From the NCBI GenBank assembly GCA_001643675.2, contig LSRY02000001.1:1178001-1242000 (forward strand): 64,000 bases of DNA, given 5' to 3'. A program made the position numbers and the translations under genes. The notes under the pieces were generated by a model, which was not told the DNA's origin, did not search any database, and was given only the letters and a program-made list of their open reading frames with translations. Every line of letters begins with the position of its first letter. Within the stretch, counting starts at the first letter, position 1. The DNA comes from Monocercomonoides exilis PA203 (lineage: Eukaryota; Protista; Preaxostyla). Positions 11,881 to 23,075 of the stretch are shown here, one piece after another.

Positions 11881-14800
11881 TGTATTCATGACTGGAGGTA
11901 ATTTTTCGTTCAATCTCTGACGATCCAATCAATTGCACCTTCTGGGAAGTTAACTCCTCAGCTGAAAGGATTTTGAATATGTTCATGTTTTTACCCCTGA
12001 TATAGACACAGCTATCGATTATCCGAGTATTGGGTTTTACACAGATTCCTCTTCTGAAAAAAAAGATGCTTCACTGCGAGATTCGTCCTCACGAACGGTT
12101 TCTTCTCCTTCTCCTGATCGTTTAATTTGAATGTGCATGTTTTATTATATCCTCATGGAAATCTGAAAAAGGAGGATCATCCATTTCTTCTCTATATGCC
12201 TTCGCAGCAGCGAAACCCTGACGTCCTGCCACTCTCGTTATTCTGCTTTCCAGTAATGCTTCCGTTACCAGAGTGAGCGCATCCTAAATTGGAGTCCTCG
12301 CGTCTTCGCGTGCTGAGTCTCTCGTAAATAACAAGGCCTTAATGGAAAAGCAGAGCTTTTTTTTAATTTGTTCCCCTGCTTTATCCAGGGAATCTGATGC
12401 CCACTTGGATGTAAATTCGGGCTTACGAATTGAAGAAGGGTTGAACGGAGCCGGGGTTGTTAAATAATTGTATTCAATTGTTCTGCAACATCTCTTTTCC
12501 CGACCGGAATGTCAAAAATAATGTGAGATAAAACGCCACCAAAGAAATCTGCAGCTTCTCTTTCTAGGATTTCTGAAATTCAATATTCTTTGTCACTGTT
12601 TCTTTATTCACCTTGTGACTGTGAAGAAGACTGCGGGATAAAAAAAACGGTTCTGGCTGAGTGAATTGCAAATTTAAACTCGGAGGAAGAAGAAAATTTT
12701 CTTGGGACGGAAAAGAAGCCCTGGAGCGGGACTGAAAGATTGCATCACAGGTTGTTGTCACAGAGATTTGAATTCTTGATATTGCTACGAGGCAAATGCA
12801 TTTATGTTTTGTGTGTGTTTATCAAATAATTTGTTATCGACTGTTTTCTTTATTAAAAGGGCATGCTTCCATAACAGAGGAATTATTAATTCATCAATAA
12901 TTCTTGCCAATAAATTATATTGTGCTTGATAATTCAAAAATGATCAAAAATAAATAAAACATTTTTTCTAAAATGAGTATAAATATTAAATTTTTTTCAA
13001 AAAATAATAAATCCATATCATTTTTGCAAGTGGTCAAATACAAATATATACAAGATCTCGATATTGATGTTTTTCATTGAACTTCTGTAACGTTTCAAAA
13101 AAAAATTGAAACAATGACAAATTGTTTAACAATTTTTTTGTTGTTTTGTTAAAAAATGAAAATTTTCCGTTTCCACGATTTTTTGATTAAACAAAAATAT
13201 AAAAAACGAATTGACAGACAGTGAAAAAAATAAATAAAAAATATTGAATTTCAAATCTTGACGATCGAGCTCCCGATAATTTTTTTGTTATTGACTGTAT
13301 ATTTCAGTTGAGGTATTTTTTTTACAAAGATTTGTCAGTGAATGTCATTGACGATCACTGACAATAAAGACTCTAACTGATATTTCATATGCAAGAATCG
13401 AATATCTTTCAAAGTGCTAAATATAACATTCAAAAGTTTTCGAAATTGATTGTTTTATTTTGCAATAATTTTATTTTGTTTTGTATTTTTTTTGTTTTTT
13501 TAGAATTATATGAAATTACATCTTGTCATATTACAGATGCTTAATCAAAATTATTAAAACAAATATTATTTTTCAAAATATGATGTTTTCAGTGACTTTT
13601 TGAAATTTCATTTGAAATGAACGATTCAAACAAATCTTCATCAAACAACGAGAAAAAGAAAAAGAAAATTTTCCTTTATAAATTGAAAGAAATAATCAGT
13701 TAATTATTTAAAACCTTTCATAATAAATGAGTTCAATCAAAAACATTTCCATATCAGTAATTTTTCTTTCATCATTTACACCAAAAATAATTCTAATTCG
13801 AAAAAAAAAATAACTCATTTTCGAAAATTTATTAATTCGATTTCGAAAAAGAATAAATCGGTTTCGAAATGAAAATTTTTTTGATTTGAGGAATAAATAA
13901 CTTGTTTTTTGTGTTTTTAATTCTTTTAATTTTTAACTCATCTATTCACTAAGTTAATCAATATTTCAAAAATGTCGTTTTTTCATAAAAAATCATTCCT
14001 CAAAATTGAAAATTTGATAATTGAAGTCATTTCAAAAAGAAAACGAACACATTTTTATATCAAAAATCTATGTTTTTCTTATTTCCACGAAAAAAACCGA
14101 AAAAATAAAGTTTAATTTTTTCGAACATTTTGTAATTCAATAAATGAGTCAAAAATTCCATCTTTCAATCAGGTTAATCAAAAAATGAATTATTCTTTAA
14201 TAAATTTATCTTTTGAGTGATGATTTTTAAAATTGTCAAAAAACAAAAAATTATTTAATAATTATATTTGCAGTTAAAATAACACTTTTCTTTGAGTAAT
14301 AATTTTTGATATGTTAATGAATATCTTTAAATATTCTGAAATCTATTCTCGAGATATATTTTGCATTTAAGAAATGAATGAATATAAAAATCGAAACATT
14401 ATTCTTTGAAATTGATTTGGGTGATTTTTTTTGATATCATAAAAAATTACGAAGTTTGATCATAAAAAATTTCCATTAAGGGTGGGGTTGATTAGAAAAA
14501 TGAAAGTGATGATCTCACGAATATATTGCAAAAATTATTATTATAATTATTTATTTGTTGATTTAAATTTGTTTCCAATTGTTTTTATCACAAATTTTGA
14601 AAAAAGTATTAATTTTTATTCAAAAAATTACAAAACTGAAGCAAACAGTACGAAACAGATGTTCACTGGTATTTGAAGCATGAAAACAATAATAACAATA
14701 TGAAATCAATAATTTTTTAATATGAAAATTAGTTTTATGATGTTATTACAAAGAAATTATTTAATTAATTTTGTAGATCTTAAAACATTTGTGAAAAATA

Positions 14801-16999
14801 AACAATTTTCAAAAATTAACATCGAAAAAGATTATAGTTAAACAAGATATTTATCAGATATACAAATGTTTGCTGTTTGTTTTTCTATAAAAGCAAATAA
14901 TACTTTGAAGAAGTTATTAAAAAAATTGATCAAACAATGTTAAAAAAAATTGCAATGAAATAATAAATAAATAAGGAAATTGGGGAATTTTCACTTTTTT
15001 TAACTTAAAAAACTTCTGTCACATAACCATTCTCATCTCTTAAATCTTTTTTTATCAGATTAGCTGAAAGAGAAACTAAGTCCCTCTTTTATCGCTTCTC
15101 TTTCAGCTAATCTGCTTTTGTCAAGCTGCTCCTTTTCAATGCTGACTTCTCAAACACCACTTGTATATGCAATGGCTGAGGCGGTGGAAGTGTATGTACC
15201 TTTTAACAACTGCATCCCCATAAACTGCAATCTCCTTTCATTCATTGTTTAAATCATCCTGCTCTTCCTTCTTTCACCTTTTTTAACGTTTTTTTTGATG
15301 TGAAATATTCGCCATGTTTTTTGATCGATTATCATTATAATCTCAGCTTCTTGCTTCTGTGCTCTTCCTGCTTTATCTTTCACGCTCTCCCATATCAACC
15401 TCTACGCCCCTGGTGCTGCCTCTCTCATCTTTGTGTTCGATGTTGACTCCAACAGCTCTTTCGTGTATCTCATTTCCACAAATCTCACCACTGCTTCTTG
15501 CAACGTTGTTCTTCTCAATCCTCTGAGTAATTTCCATTTTTCTTCTTCTTCTTCTTCTTCTGTGTATCTTTTTCCTTTTGCTTTTCCCCCGTTGAACCTC
15601 TTTCTCTTTCTCTTTCGATTTCTCTCTCGTTACTCTCTACTCTCTCAATTCTCTTCTGGAGCGATGAACAGCATTCAAGACAAAGTAGTTGAGGAAGAAG
15701 ATGAAGAAATAGAAGAAAACGAAGGTGAAGAAGAAGGAGAAAAAGAAGATAATGATGAAATAAATTGAGAAAACGTAAGGTTTTCATTTCATTTGCTTTT
15801 CCTTGTATTTATTCAGTTGCTTCATTTGTGAATAACTTTTGACCGACTTTTCTTCATTCTGAAACAGTCCATTTATATCATGAAACATAAGTTCTCAAAC
15901 GAATAAACAGAAGAAAAGTTTATATTGATTTCAATAAATTAAAATCAAGCTTTGTCCTAAGATTGATATTATCATCTCCCTTGTGCTTGTGGCTCGATCG
16001 CGAACGGCTGAAAGAGTATTTTTGAAGAATAAGCCAAATTCGACTGTTTTTGCATTTTCATTTTGTTAACATTTTTGGATATTTTCATTCTTTGAAAAAG
16101 CGCAAGCAGATGACACTGTTGATAAAGACAGACGAAGAGTTAGATTTGATGTTATTGTTATCGTCCTTTTTTCAAATGGAAGCAATGGAAAACAACAATT
16201 AGAAATATTCATATTCATTGTTCAGATCAAAGATTCCGTTTGATCAATTCTCATTTCTATGCTTCTTGCTCCGTTGCTTCCTCCTCTTGCACATTTGTTA
16301 TTATCCGCCTTCTTTCCCCTTCCAACCTTCTCATTCCCTTTCCCTTTCTTTTTCCCTTTCTTTTTCTCTTCCTCTTCCTTTGCAGCTTTTTTCATTTCCA
16401 CTATCTATTTCTCTCTTCTCCATCTCTCTGCAATACTCCTCCTCACACGCCAGATGCATCAGTGCTTCATTCATTTTCTATTTAATCACTCTTCAAGATC
16501 ACAAATAGCTCTGTCGATACAGCCACTTCTGTTACATAAACAACAGCCATTCGAACTGCAGAATCGGCTGAACCAAATAAACTGTCACTCTCTCGTCTCC
16601 TCCACTTCCATCAGGTGCATCATCACAGCCAAACACTCCGTTCCTCTCAAAAGCAGCCATTAAAGATTCGAAGTCAAAAGCAGAAGTTCAAATTGATTGA
16701 AATTGAGCTTTTGTAAAACTGATTTGTAAAATACAAAGACGTTGCTTCCAAAAGTTGTCATGATGCCTGAGTGGATAAAACTCTCTTCCATATTTGGTAT
16801 CAATATCTTATTTCAGAGTTTCAAGCAAAAAAAGACAGCTTTTTGTCTTATAATGTCACATTTAAACGCTCCTTTCCTTTAGACAATTCGTTATCTTTTA
16901 ATCTTTTATTTTCCAAATTGTCCTATTCTCTGAGTTCGAATTTCTCTCGATCTCACTTCCTCCTCAACCTTTTATTTGGTTCGTCACAAAAACCTCATT

Positions 17000-17950
17000 A
17001 CAGTATCCCCACATGTTTTTGAACGGCCCAGCTTCCATCGAGCACTGGCGTTCAGAAAAGGAGCAATTTTTAACACTGAGAATATCATTTCCATCCAGCC
17101 ACAAGGTACAAATCCCTTCGAGAAAGGAAAAGCGACTTCAGAGGAGGGCGCAAGTTAAGTTGTCGGAGAAGAAATTGAAATGAGAAGGAAGTTCGAGAAA
17201 AAGAAAGAAGTGAGATTGTCAATAAGCAGAAGAGGATGGAATGGAGGGAGAAATGAAGCTGAAAGAGATTAAAGGTGAAGAAGAAGAAGATGGAGAAGAT
17301 TTCTAAAGATGAGTTGCATTCAATGCTGTCGCATCATCATCAGAACAAATATCCTTTTCGTTTTCATGTGACAAGTCAGAATTTTTTGCAGTTGAAGAAT
17401 GCCAGTCATTTACGATTGGACAGAATGTCTGTGCTCTGATAGCAATCAAGGTCGAGTCTTGGCGTTCATCTGAGCAGCAAATCTGTAAAAATTATTGCTT
17501 TTAGTCTCATCAGAATACATCGCAGATGAAGAAATAGATTGAACATTCAAATTTATCTGGTTTTGACTTCGTGTGATGTTAACTTGAACTTGTGCACCGC
17601 CGCATTCATGATGGCAGAATCTTAACACTATGTTTTGCAGAGTAACATTCGCAAAGAAGTTGTCCATTGTAATCGAGACACACGAAGTCACAGAATAAGC
17701 AGACGCGAATGTTCCTTGTAATTCTATTTGAAAGCAATCTCCGATGAAAATGAGATGAAAGTGAGCTTCGATCATTTGGACGGTAGATTTTTTTCTTGTG
17801 CTTGATGAGATGCAGCCAAAGGATAGAGGAGGAAAAATGTTAGAATTGCAGTGGAAGTCTGGTGGATAGGAAAGAGAGATATATTCGAAGGAGGAGAAGT
17901 GACAGTGTAAATTTGAAGTGGAGAATGAGGAAAAGAATGATGGAAAAACA
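17000..17950 (-). pseudogene. Probable decayed fragment of a secreted/surface protein
   Basis: Short Ser/Cys/Asn-rich frames (e.g. 17446..17775 ...FANVTLQNIVLRFCHHECGGAQ...) resemble the beta-helix-like surface protein family in this window. Frames are broken. Confidence 0.3.
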
Positions 17951-18420
17951 GAGTCTTATTTATAAAAATGACTTAAGAAATTCACTGCCACCTTCTTCAT
18001 TTATTGTTTTAATAGTTTGAATGACTGAACATAATTAAAACACGACTGCTTTTCCATCAGAACAACAAATGAAAGGGATAGCGATGCTTCGAAGCTTGAT
18101 TCATACAAAGAAAAATAAGAAACAAAGCACATGAGTCAACAATGAAGGAGTTTTCGCTTTGTACCTCGTGTGTTGAGAGACATCAACTGCAGATTCTTTC
18201 TATTGACACACATAACAAATGACCGAATAATGAAGATGAAGGAGACTGTGGTGGAAATTGTTGAAGGAGTTGAAGAATGATAGGAAGAAGAAGTTGAAGG
18301 AGCAGAAGATAGAGTTGTTTTGTTTTATAATATTTTCATGAATGGATTAAAAAATTATTTATTCGTTGTATCATTAAAGTTGCAATATTAAAAGTGACAA
18401 AAACAACAAAGTTATAATAT

Positions 18421-18852
18421 GAAGAAGAAGGAGAAGAAGAAGGTGAAGAAGAAGGAGAAGAAGATGAAGAAGAGGAAGAAGAAGGAGAAGAAGAAGGTGA
18501 AGAAGAAGAAGAAGAAGAAGAAGAAGAAGAAGAAGATGATGATGATGATGATGATGATGATGTCCAGGAGAGCTTGTAGAATTCTTTTAATTTGACTTTT
18601 TGCGAGATTTATTACGAGGTGTTGTGGCAGAAGGAGAAGGAGAAGGAGAAGAAGAAGGGGAAGAAGAAGGAGAAGGCAGTAAGTCAGAAGAAGAAAGCTC
18701 TGGAGAAACTGAAGCAGATGATATGTCAATAATATCTGTAGAAGATGAAAACAAAAAAGAAGGTGAAGAAAAGGAAAATGCAGAAAAAGAAAAAGAAAAA
18801 GAAGAAGAAGAAGAAGAAGAAGAAGAAGAAGAAGAGCTTGATGAAGATGATG
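18421..18852. repeat. GAA/GAT trinucleotide low-complexity tracts
   Basis: (GAA)n then (GAT)n at 18421-18562 and another (GAA)n at ~18790-18852. These produce spurious poly-E/S/K/F ORFs. Confidence 0.9.
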
Positions 18853-21800
18853 ACACATCTTCTCTTCAGCAGTCCAACCTGCTCAACACACAAGCGCGCT
18901 TTGCTTTTAACTTCACATTCTTTTTTGTTATCCATTCATATCCACTCTCCCTGCCAGCCAGCCTTATTCTTCCTCTGTCCTCTCTTCAGTCACTTCCACA
19001 TAACTTTCATCATCTTCTTCTTCTTCTCATTCTCCTTTCATAGATCCTTCATTTTTTTATGATTTTGTTCTGTTTGATACGAATATCTTCCCTTTCACAC
19101 TGCGTTTTTCTTCCTCATTCCTCAATTTTCTTTCACAAGCTCGTTTTTTAAGAAGAATAAGTTTTTTGTTCCAGTAACTGGTCACTGCTGCTCACTTTCT
19201 GCAATGTTCCTGTTTCCTACCACACCCTTCTCTCAACCAATCTCCATTTCGCATTTCCTTCTCACCAACCGCTCCTTTCCCTCTTTCTCATTCCCCGTTT
19301 TTTTAATCACTTTGCATGCGCAACATGCTTCTGATACTCCTCTCACTGCTTCTCAAACTATTTCTATCTCGCTTCCCCAGATGCTTCTGCACCATCTCTT
19401 CTTTTCCCTCCAATATGGCCGTGTATGAAAATCCACTGAATGAATATCTCAAAGTCTAGCAATCCCAACATGCACCAAACAAGGAAAAAAATAAATAAAT
19501 AAATACTCAAATAAAAAACAAACAAATAAAAAGAAATAAAAAACAAAATAAGAAATAAAATAAACGATCATATAAATTAATTAATGAGATATATTTTTTT
19601 CTTTTCAAAAACCCATTTCACTCATTCACATACCTGGCATTGTTGCCAACAAGCTTAGTGAAATAAAATTTGTATTTCAATATGTTCCTTCCTTGTTCTC
19701 CTTTCTTTCTCTGATTAATCCTTTCTCAAAATGCTCAGCCCGATTCAGCCTTCCCTCTGTCCTATCAAACGCTCTTGCTCCTCGACAAGCAAACACCTCG
19801 TATTTGTAATCTCATTATCGCACATAGATAGAAATCGCACTTGCAGCCACGACTCACCAGAAAAACTTTCAGACCCATCTTCCTTTTCTGTTTATGTCTC
19901 TGATAACGATTTGCTCAACAACCTTATCATGGATGTTTCTCACAACAAATCCTCTTCAAAATATCTTCTTCTCTCAAATAAACGCTATCCTCGTTCATAT
20001 AATTTCTCTTCTTCTTTCTCCTCCTTGTGCCTCTGCTGCTGCGACTGTTTCTGCTCCATTGGCTGCTTGTTCCAAAAGCTTCAAATTAAAATCATCAAAT
20101 GAAATCACTTTTCTTATTCTTCACGTTAATGGAAATAAATAAATTAACATCCTGCATCTTTTCAAGAATATTTACAACTGCAAACCCTGCTACCTTCCAG
20201 AAGCGCTCAAAAAGCCATCTTTTTTCATTCCTTTCTAGTCTGAATGCATTTAGTTTAATTGAGAAAAAACCATTGATAAAAAAACAATTGTGATTAGAAA
20301 AAATCAAACAAAAAAATACACATTAAATAAGGCAATGTCATATTCGATGTTCCAATTCAATTTTCTCATTCTTTTCCTTCCGCTAAATATTCATCGATAG
20401 ATCTTTTTTGAAAGAATACTTTTGCCATCAGAACTTATGAGCATTGATTGAAAAATTCTACAAGCGCAAAGGCTTTTGTTTTTTAGCGCAATCCTTCCGT
20501 TAAATCGATGCACCTGCTAGAATTGAAAGCCTTTTCTGTGACTGCATTTCTCTGTTCCATGCGTTTGAAACCAGATCTTCCAAAAAAATACTTCCTTAAC
20601 ATCCATCCGTCTATCAGTCCTTTCTTTCTGTCCAACCCTTCCTTCTCCTCTCTCTTTTGGCTTTTTCGTCCAATTCACTTAAAGAATCTGGATGCAACAA
20701 TTTTTACTCATTTCTGCAGACATGCATGTTCATCGTTAGACACTTTATAAAGCTTCGGACAAAGTTTGGAGCTGCTGAAGCTTCCAAAAGTATCTCCGGC
20801 TTGTCAACAAGGCATATTGAGAACTCGTTGATAAGGCAGCTCACGATGTTCACCATATGCATCCTCTTTGGGAGAGATGCACATCCAGAAACTACTCAGC
20901 ATCGATGACTTACTTTTTGTTTAGGTTCAGTCAGCTTCCTGAATAGATAAAGAACGACTATTAACACAGCGCTATTCTGCACTTTCTCCTTGTTAGTCAA
21001 GCTGGTCAAACTCATCTTATCTTTCTTCGTTTCCTATTCGTTCTGCAAGATTGAGCTTATTCCTTTGCTATTCTACCGCTAAGCCTCCACATATAAATAA
21101 GACCTATCAGCTAACTTCTCCAGTGCGCTTTCAGGATTCTGCTCACTTTCTCATTAAAAGATGTCTGAAGTGCATCTGCGTATATGTTGACAGCTCAACA
21201 AACACATAGTTTATGAAATTCAGAGCTCTTGTTTAAACTATATCTTGCATTTTGACTCTTCATTCTTTTTGACTTTTTTTCTTCTTGTGTAATTTCGCAA
21301 GCTAGTTGAATAATTAGACCTGGAAAAACGGAGATGTGTTCTTTTTGTTCATTTTAAGATGACTTTTCTGATCTCTTCATCTCCCGCAAAATGGCTCTGA
21401 ATGATTTCTTCTTTAAAGTTGCTGAGAGAATATTTCAAAGCAAACTTTCATTGTAAACCGCCACGGGTGACAATAGCGATCAAATATAAAGCAGACGATG
21501 CAAAAAAGCTTCATGGTATCTTTACTCCAGTCATTCCCAAAAATGAAAGCATTAATTGCAGCTAAATCGAATCTCGCATCAGTTTGTCGATCCACAGATA
21601 ATTAACAATGATCGCCTCAAAGAAGCTGTCGGTCAGCTATAAGTAAACAATTGTTTGGATTAAATTATCATGTATTCTTAGGTTGGCTTCGGTGGTCTGA
21701 TTCAATACACAGTGGAGCAGGAAAAAGTTATTCGAAATGACTGTCAGTTCAATTGATATATGTATAAGCAACAACTTGTGCCTCTTTACGAATGTTTTAG

Positions 21801-21949
21801 ATTCAATAATGAAGAAGAGGTGTAGAATGAAATATTTGTAATAAAATGCGTGTGCAGCAAAGGAAAATAAGAGAACATCGTGAAACAACAGGAATAATAG
21901 AAGAAGAAGAAAATATAAATCTCTGAAGAACTTTGTTATATCTCAAAAC

Positions 21950-22160
21950 GAAGTTTCTTTTTGATAATTTTGATATATTTTATTTCACCAAAATCCCATT
22001 TCAAATTTCATTTTTTCTTTTGATCTGCAATTTGCAGAAATGCTTTTTTGATGTGTCAAGATAATATCTATATAATGTTGAAGTGTTTCATGAGGTTAAT
22101 AACGATTTCTGCAAATTTCCACGTTATAAAAAAGTTTTCATGATCATTGAGATCATTTTT
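21950..22160. repeat. Left arm of an imperfect ~200-bp inverted repeat pairing with 27460-27675
   Basis: CCCATTTCAAATTTCATTTTTTC and AACGATTTCTGCAAATTTCCA have near reverse complements at ~27598-27623 and ~27496-27516. Confidence 0.65.
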
Positions 22161-22933
22161 ATACAAAAAAATTTTTGTTGATCTGTTTTGAAAAATTCAT
22201 GATGAATTTTTTTGAGTTTGTTGGTTTTCTATATATGACATTGCTATATGGAAGAATTAAAAATGATTTCAATTTGAAAAATGCTTGTTTATTCAAATTT
22301 GAGTTTTTTTCGAAATAGAAAAAAGATCAGTGAAATGAAAAAATATACGTTAAAAAATAACAATCGTTTTGCAATCAAAATGACATAAATAAACAAAAAG
22401 CACTTTATGATATTAATCATTTAAAAAATTGAAAACAGTTAGAAATTTTCTAATCAGATTCAATAACTTTCAAAAAAACATAATTCTATCACATAATCAT
22501 TGAACATTCACAAAATATCAACCAAATGTCAACAATTTTGAACAATAAAAGATATAAGAAAAAACAATACTATAACAACAAATTCACAGTATCAAATACA
22601 ATTCCTAGCAAAAAAGAACACTTATATAAAAAGTTCAAAAACTGACTTGTCTATTTTCCCTCTGTTTTCCATCCACTCTCCCCTTTCTGATATTTCTCTA
22701 ACTTTGACTCAAAAAGATCAAATCCAACAAAGAAAAAAGACAGACACAATGATAAAACATCACTTCACACTCTCAACAACTCTCCCTTCCAAAAACCTCA
22801 CTCAAAGATCAATGAATTCCCTCACAACTCTCTCTATTAGTGAATCTCGATATATACATAAAAATTCGGGACAATAACCAATTTAATTATAGGGACATTA
22901 TAGGGACAAAAAGCACAAGAAAACAACCGGATT

Positions 22934-23071
22934 CTAACTGTTGTGTACCTGGGAGGCTGTTCGTCGTATCCAGGTCCGGATATTGCAGCCCGAAGGCTGC
23001 AATATCAAATACGAACAGTCATGTCCAGCACCCTTCCGATAGAGTACCAGCTAAGCATACACAACAACTAG
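22934..23071 (-). ncRNA. Putative structured RNA element (~140 nt) directly 3' of the USP-transposase stop codon
   Basis: Four stems readable by eye, including a perfect 12-bp hairpin with a cUUCGg loop (22979-23006). Wobbles are G-U only on the minus strand. GC-rich island in AT-rich surroundings. Confidence 0.6.
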
Positions 23072-23075
23072 TTTC

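Larger units (their letters stand above)
8900..12760 (-). mobile_element. Degenerate DIRS-like tyrosine-recombinase retrotransposon (gag?-RT-RNase H-MTase-YR)
   Basis: Minus-strand domain order: RT (HFKMEDL; ECMPFGMKNAPRIF ~11385-11435; CVSFIDNVLL ~11310-11340), RNase H (TTDAS; IRSDNKSAV; HIPGANNIEADAQSR), Dam-like MTase (W..EIVWAHPPIPLL..L.K....A.AILLLPNW), YR. Boundaries are approximate. Confidence 0.85.

Noticed and set aside
18412-19062. Overlapping poly-S/E/K/F ORFs
   Set aside because: By-products of GAA/GAT microsatellites.
19650-21900. Possible decayed minus-strand gene
   Set aside because: Coding-like composition, but no frame or motif I could assign.
22944-22992. Plus-strand resemblance to SRP RNA (GGGAGGCTG; CAGGTCCGGA..GCAGCC)
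   Set aside because: It lacks the GNRA-capped helix 8 geometry, is too short, and the G-U pattern and UUCG loop favour the minus strand.
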